From an uncultured Trueperaceae bacterium (GTDB taxonomy: Bacteria; Deinococcota; Deinococci; Deinococcales; Trueperaceae): a DNA stretch of 64,000 nt. A program made the position numbers and the translations under genes. The stretch lies in NCBI GenBank assembly GCA_963799485.1, contig CAWCXJ010000012.1, positions 1-64,000 of the forward strand, given 5' to 3'. The notes beneath the pieces were generated by a model, which was not told the origin of the DNA, did no database searches, and worked only from the letters and a program-made list of their open reading frames with translations. Positions 58,163-64,000 of this stretch are shown here, one piece after another (within the stretch, counting starts at the first letter, position 1; the number at the start of each line of letters is the position of its first letter).

Positions 58163-58408
58163 CCTCGTACCTCTGAATATGTTCGCATCTTGGTTTTGGA
58201 TAACCTCACCCTTCTACCATCTCACATTTTAGTGTGACCAAACGTTTTATATTACCGGTGTAGTACTCGGCGCGGACTCGGGCGTTACCCAATCGGCCCC
58301 CCGCGACCTACAGGCGTCACGTCGTAACCGTGACGGGATAACAATGGGAGTTCTCTTGAAAAACTGTGTGTGTAGCCTGCCTGCTTTTGTCGTGCCGGTG
58401 TCCTGCTG

Positions 58409-59782
58409 ATGGCGTCTTCTAGCGGGGGCCTCGAGGTCAGAAATGTGGACGACGCGGTTGAAGCTATCGGTCTGGGACGGTTTCAGTGGCGGCTCTTAGG
58501 CGTCAACGGCCTCGTCTGGGCAGGTGACGCGATGGAAGTTATCGGCATCGGCTTTATCATCCCGTCGATTATTGCGACGTTCGGGGTAAGCGGGGGCCAA
58601 GCCGGGCTGATCGGCTCGCTTTTCTTTGCCGGGATGTTTTTCGGCGCGTGGGGTTTCGGGGCCTTAGCCGACCGTGTCGGGCGGCGGCGGGTGTTTTTGC
58701 TGACGATTGCGCTGAACGCGGTGTTTGCGCTCGCATCGGCGTTTGCGCCGAGTTTTACGGTGCTGCTCAGCCTGCGGTTTTTGAACGGTCTGGCGGTCGG
58801 CGGCACCTTGCCTGTCGATTACGCGGTGATGGCGGAATACCTGCCCAAGCGCGAACGGGGCCGGTTTCTGATTTACCTCGAGAGTTTCTGGGCGCTCGGT
58901 ACGGTGATCGTGGCGCTGTTGGCGTGGGCTATCGTCCCGCAGTTGCCGGAAACCGGCTGGCGCTGGCTGTTAGCCGTCAACGCGCTGCCCGGTATTCTGG
59001 GCTTTTGGGTACGGCTCAGCGTCCCGGAATCACCGCGTTTTCTGCTCCTGCGCGGCGACGTTGCCGGGGCTAAAGGCGTGTTGGAACGTGTTGCCGGCAT
59101 CAACCGGGTAGAACTGGATTTGACCCGGCTTACGGTGACGCCGCCCGCGCCGCGCCGCAACACCACAGCGGCCCTTTTTACCCCTGAACTCTTGTCCCGG
59201 ACGCTCTCGCTGCTCGTGGTCTGGTTCGCGCTTTCGTTCGGCTATTACGGCGTCTTTACCTGGCTCCGGCCTATCTTTGTCGGGCAAGGTATCGCCGTAC
59301 TCGGCACCTACTGGTTTCTGGTCGTGCTGGCGCTCGCACAGCTGCCCGGTTACGCGCTGGCGGCGCTCAGCTTAGACCGCTTGGGACGCAAACCGACGCT
59401 GGCGCTGTTTTTGGGGGTGAGCGCGGTCTCGAGCATGGTCTTTGCTTTCTCGACCACCCCGGCTGTGGTGATTGTGGCAAGTTTGCTCTTGTCCGCGTCG
59501 CTTTTGGGTGCGTGGGGCGCACTTTACGCCGCCACACCCGAGTTTTACCCGACCGAGGTGCGGGCGACCGGAACCGGCGTGATGGGCGCGGCGGCGCGGG
59601 CCGGGGGCATCGTCGCAGCGCAGCTCGGCGGCACCTTGCTCTTGGTCTCGTTTCCGCTGGCGTTAGGTATTTTTGCACTTTCGCTCGTCGTTGCGGGCGT
59701 TGCCGCGCTCTTTCTGACCGGGGAACGGCGCGCGCAGGCGCTCAGCGAACGTTTGGGCGAACCTCTGCCCGGCAAAAGCTAG
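58409..59782 (+). CDS. MFS transporter (SV2/NiaP-like)
   Basis: GALADRVGRR, AEYLP..RG, PESPRFL, PEFYPTEVRATG. Confidence 0.9.
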   Translation: MASSSGGLEVRNVDDAVEAIGLGRFQWRLLGVNGLVWAGDAMEVIGIGFIIPSIIATFGVSGGQAGLIGSLFFAGMFFGAWGFGALADRVGRRRVFLLTIALNAVFALASAFAPSFTVLLSLRFLNGLAVGGTLPVDYAVMAEYLPKRERGRFLIYLESFWALGTVIVALLAWAIVPQLPETGWRWLLAVNALPGILGFWVRLSVPESPRFLLLRGDVAGAKGVLERVAGINRVELDLTRLTVTPPAPRRNTTAALFTPELLSRTLSLLVVWFALSFGYYGVFTWLRPIFVGQGIAVLGTYWFLVVLALAQLPGYALAALSLDRLGRKPTLALFLGVSAVSSMVFAFSTTPAVVIVASLLLSASLLGAWGALYAATPEFYPTEVRATGTGVMGAAARAGGIVAAQLGGTLLLVSFPLALGIFALSLVVAGVAALFLTGERRAQALSERLGEPLPGKS

Positions 59783-60372
59783 TTTTGGGGTTGTGGCGTA
59801 AGCTCGTAAGCGAGGTTGCCGCGCTCCAAACCCTTAAACGGTGCTTGCGAAAAATCCACGATGATGGCGCTGCCGTCGCCGCTGCGCACATTGTCGAGCG
59901 CGTACACGCGTACCGGCCCGTCGGCGCGAACGCCGCTTTTCGAGCGGGTAAAGGGTTGTTCATCGTCGTGTGGGTGGGCAAGTGGGCGTCGCCCGTTTTT
60001 TGCGCCCTCAAAGACGATGGTGTCGGCGTAGTCGTCCCAGCCCTGGTCGTTGTGACGCACCGTTGCGCCCATGCTAAAGGTATTCGGCGCAGCCTCCCGG
60101 CTAAAACGCATCCCGACCACGTGCGGCTGATCGAAGGTGCCCCAGTCGGCTAAGCGAAGCTCGAGTTGCCCTCCGTCAAAATAGACCGTAAACGGCTCGC
60201 CCAAGTCTTTTTCTTCAACGCCGAAAAACTCGCCGTTGCGGTTCGAGCCTTCGCCCGAGTCCCACTGCAGCGGCTTTCCGTCTAAGGTGAGTTTGAGCGA
60301 GTAGTACTGTACTTGGGCTGAAGCCAAAGAGAGCAGCGTAAAACCGAGTACAAGTAAAAGGGTTCGTTTCAT
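59779..60372 (-). CDS. Secreted hypothetical protein
   Basis: Signal peptide MKRTLLLVLGFTLLSLASA. Confidence 0.65.
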   Translation of the reverse strand: MKRTLLLVLGFTLLSLASAQVQYYSLKLTLDGKPLQWDSGEGSNRNGEFFGVEEKDLGEPFTVYFDGGQLELRLADWGTFDQPHVVGMRFSREAAPNTFSMGATVRHNDQGWDDYADTIVFEGAKNGRRPLAHPHDDEQPFTRSKSGVRADGPVRVYALDNVRSGDGSAIIVDFSQAPFKGLERGNLAYELTPQPQN

Positions 60373-60454
60373 AAACTCACCATACGGAACGCAGGTTAAG
60401 CTTCCCTACGGAGATGATGAAAGACTTAAATGTTCCGGTAGGTGGCGGCCCCAA

Positions 60455-60808
60455 ATGAGCCGTTCGCTGGCGCTCGCCCGCAGCTTTCTCGGTCGATCCG
60501 TAACAGTCGCAGTTGACCGCCCGCTCGGGTCACGTCATCCTCGTCACCATGACATTGTATACCCGGTCAATTACGGCTATCTGCCCGGTACGCTCGCACC
60601 CGACGGCGAAGCGTTAGACGCTTACGTTTTGGGTGTTGACGCAGCGCTCGAGACGTTTTACGGCCTAGCTATCGCTATCATTCACCGTAAAGATGACGAT
60701 GACGACAAACTTGTCGTCGTGCCTGAAGGGTTCGCGCCGACCGACGTACAAATCATGGACGCGACAAGGTTTCAAGAGCAGTTTTTTCGCGCTTCAGTCG
60801 TTCGTTAG
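60455..60808 (+). CDS. Small inorganic pyrophosphatase-like protein
   Basis: VDRPLGS, YPVNYGY, DGEALDAY, DDKLV. Confidence 0.8.
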   Translation: MSRSLALARSFLGRSVTVAVDRPLGSRHPRHHDIVYPVNYGYLPGTLAPDGEALDAYVLGVDAALETFYGLAIAIIHRKDDDDDKLVVVPEGFAPTDVQIMDATRFQEQFFRASVVR

Positions 60809-62087
60809 GGGCAAAGCCGCGCCTGAACCTCACCGTCTGCACTACCCGGAAGTGTCAGTGTGGCCGCCTGTAACGGGCCGTCAAGTGTCAGAAAAAACTT
60901 GCCGTCGTTGCGTTCGCGGTTTGAGCGCTCGAGCCTCACTATTTCCTCTTTGCTGCCCCTGTAACCGAGTTTTAGGCCGAGTGAGGTCTGTGACAAGTCG
61001 GACAACTCAAGATACAAAAATCCCGTCTTTTCACCTGTAAGTCGGTAAAGAGCGGCACCGTCCGGCTGAGTGGTTTCGTCGTGGACGCGCTGCTTTGTGA
61101 CGTGCTGCACGCCCCCCGAACACTGGGGATGAGCTGCCGGTAAAATGTCGGGTCTTGCGGCACGTCAAAGAGCGTGGCAAACTCCCACACCAGAAAAACC
61201 GGTTTGGCCTGCCGGAAGGTTTCGGAGCGGAGGTACGCCTCGAGCGCGGCTTGCGGCCCGCCGCCGACTGCCGACACGTTCAGCACCTCCAACCCGGTGG
61301 CCTGCGCCAGAAAGCCCGCAAAGTTGAGGTCTTGGCGGGCGCTGTTGCTCGTTCCGGCGAGGGTGATAGGCGGCGCGGACGCGCCGAACAAATCGTCGTT
61401 ACCGGCTGATTTTACTACGGTTTGATATCTGCTGAACTTTTCGGCAGGTGGGTTTTTACCGCAAATTTGCCCAATCGCCTCGCCGAACGACCCGGTTTGC
61501 GCCACGGTCTCTACCGCTGCGGTCGTAAACGTCTGTGCTTTTGCGGCGGTCGACCGAAACGCAGGCGTGGCCTTGACCGTTTGCGCGACCGCAGCGGCGC
61601 TTGCTCTCGAGCCGTCCGGTGTCCAGTGGTGGTCACGCCGAAAAAAATAGTTCGGCGTCGCCGTAACGACTGCTGCGAGGTCGGTGACGTGCAGCCCGGC
61701 GTCCTGCAAAGTAGCTCGCACCGCTTCGTAGCGGGCCAGCGCTTCACCCGGCGTGTAGTTCGGAATGCTGCCGGCCTCTAACGCAGTCCCGCGCGGAGGC
61801 TGCGCCGCGATAATCAAGGTGACACCCTGCGCTGCGAGCGCCTCGCTGAGCGTTTTCAGATACTCGAGCGTAGTGGGCTCGAGTTCAAACGTCGTCAAAA
61901 GGTCGTCTTGCCGTAAAAGCCAGCCCCCCGGCCCCGGCAACAGTTTATAAAACCACCTGCCCTGATACGCCGCCGGGGTCTCTGCCGCGTCGCAAAAGTA
62001 GCTTTTCGTGTTCTGCTCCCGCCACCACCAAAACGCGCCCAACCCAACGAAAAGACCTAACGCAAGATAGGGAAGCGCGCGTTTCAT
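60805..62087 (-). pseudogene. AlgX/AlgJ-type O-acetyltransferase, frameshifted near 61035
   Basis: FRRDHHWTPDG, LAGTS, LVWEF, FYRQLIP; C-terminal domain continues in another frame (GFLYLEL..ARLCP). Confidence 0.7.
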
Positions 62088-62156
62088 GCCCGCAGTTTAC
62101 CGAGAGCGTTTTGCGACAAAATGATGGCAGGGTGAGGTTTAAGCCGGAAAGCCTCT

Positions 62157-63338
62157 CTAGTCGGAGAGTGCCGCGATACCGGGCAGCGTTTTACCCTCTA
62201 AAAACTCCAAGCTCGCCCCGCCCCCTGTCGAGATGTGGTCGAACTCCTCAGCTACGCCTACCGCGTTTACGGCGGCGACCGAATCGCCGCCGCCGACGAC
62301 CGTATAGGCGTCTAAACGGGCTAAGGTTTCGGCGACAGCGCGGGTGCCTTTGTCAAAAGGAGAGACTTCAAACACGCCCAGCGGCCCGTTCCAAAGGACG
62401 GTTTTGGCGTTTTGAAGCACAGCCTGATAGCTTTTAACCGCCTCCGGCCCCGCGTCGAGACCTAACCAACCGTCCGGAATCTTGTCCGACGGATAGACTT
62501 CGGTTTCAGCACCCGTTTCTATTTTCTGCGCACACACCGAATCTTGAGGCAGATGCAGCGTCACACCTTTTGCCCGCGCTTGTTCAAGCAAACCCAAAGC
62601 CAGCTCGAGCTTGTCGTCTTCAACTAAAGACCCGCCGACACTGCCGCCCTGCGCCTTAAAAAAGGTGTAGGCCATCGCCCCGCCGATCAAAATGTCGTCG
62701 GCAACGTCCAGCATCGACTCAATCACACCGATTTTGTCTGAGACTTTTGCGCCGCCGACAATCATCGCAAAGGGTTTTTCGGGCTGCTCTAAAAGCTTTG
62801 ACAAAACTTCGTTTTCACGCGCCAACAAGAGCCCCGCCGCACCCGGCAGGAGTTGGGCGACACCTTCGGTACTCGAGTGCGCCCGGTGCGCCGCGCCAAA
62901 AGCGTCGTTGACGTAAACATCGGCATACTCGGCAAGTTTTTTGGCAAGCACCGGGTCGTTTTTAGTTTCACGTGAGTCGAAACGGGTGTTTTCTAGAAGC
63001 GTGACGCTGCCCGGTTCAGCTTCGGCGACAAACTTCGCCTGTTCATCGGATGCAGGGCCGTCCGTCGGCTTGTAGCGCACCTCTTGGCCTAAAAGCTCAC
63101 CGAGCCGCGCCGCAACCGGCCCCAAGCGGCTTTTTTCTTCGGGCGCTTTGGGCCGTCCCAAATGACTCATCAAAATCAGCGTTGCGCCTTCGTCCAGAAG
63201 TTTTTCAAGCGTCGGCAAGGTCGCCTGAATCCGGCTGTCGTCGCCTATCTCGCCGTTTTTAAGCGGAACGTTGAAGTCGGCGCGAACCAGCACGCGCTTG
63301 TTTTTTACGTCCAGTGTGTCCAGTGTCCTCAGCGCCAT
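62157..63338 (-). CDS. pgk: Phosphoglycerate kinase
   Basis: RADFNVP, SHLGRP, DAFGAAHR, GGAKVSDKI, STGGGASLE. Confidence 0.98.
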   Translation of the reverse strand: MALRTLDTLDVKNKRVLVRADFNVPLKNGEIGDDSRIQATLPTLEKLLDEGATLILMSHLGRPKAPEEKSRLGPVAARLGELLGQEVRYKPTDGPASDEQAKFVAEAEPGSVTLLENTRFDSRETKNDPVLAKKLAEYADVYVNDAFGAAHRAHSSTEGVAQLLPGAAGLLLARENEVLSKLLEQPEKPFAMIVGGAKVSDKIGVIESMLDVADDILIGGAMAYTFFKAQGGSVGGSLVEDDKLELALGLLEQARAKGVTLHLPQDSVCAQKIETGAETEVYPSDKIPDGWLGLDAGPEAVKSYQAVLQNAKTVLWNGPLGVFEVSPFDKGTRAVAETLARLDAYTVVGGGDSVAAVNAVGVAEEFDHISTGGGASLEFLEGKTLPGIAALSD

Positions 63339-63398
63339 GATGCTCCTTACGAAAAAGCGGTCAGCTTTTGATGCTGACCGCAGTGCATTTCTGTCGGT

Positions 63399-64000
<602 letters not shown>

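Overview
Bacterial chromosome segment from a Deinococcota organism, probably Deinococcales/Truepera-like. This is inferred from a DdrI-type Crp regulator, an RDRM box upstream of uvrB, many leaderless promoters and gene content. About 2.4-29.5 kb is an IS-riddled accessory region next to tRNA-Thr(CGT) and a 3' fragment of tRNA-Phe (att-like scar). It contains a truncated phage tape-measure gene; IS200, IS3, IS982, IS630, IS4-like and IS5 elements or remnants; a heavy-metal island (two MerR regulators, three long-spacer MerR promoters, a mer-like operon without a true merA, Csp/CopZ/thioredoxin and a P1B-ATPase with an atypical YPC motif); and a LacI-controlled ABC locus with two GH144-like glucanases, most likely for beta-1,2-glucan use. 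From about 29.5 kb the window is mostly housekeeping (Kef antiporter, bioY, ddrI, ychF, hom, thrC, rsmA, carD, uvrB, recQ-like, aguA/aguB, pgk, gap), with a decaying cluster of small VOC/DHFR-like genes at 46-49.7 kb. The most unusual signals are a 27-nt double mini-hairpin element inserted in frame into two unrelated transposase genes, and strong over-representation of the palindrome CTCGAG, which lies at or next to two gene-truncation junctions. All product calls come from motif recognition only; no database searches were run.
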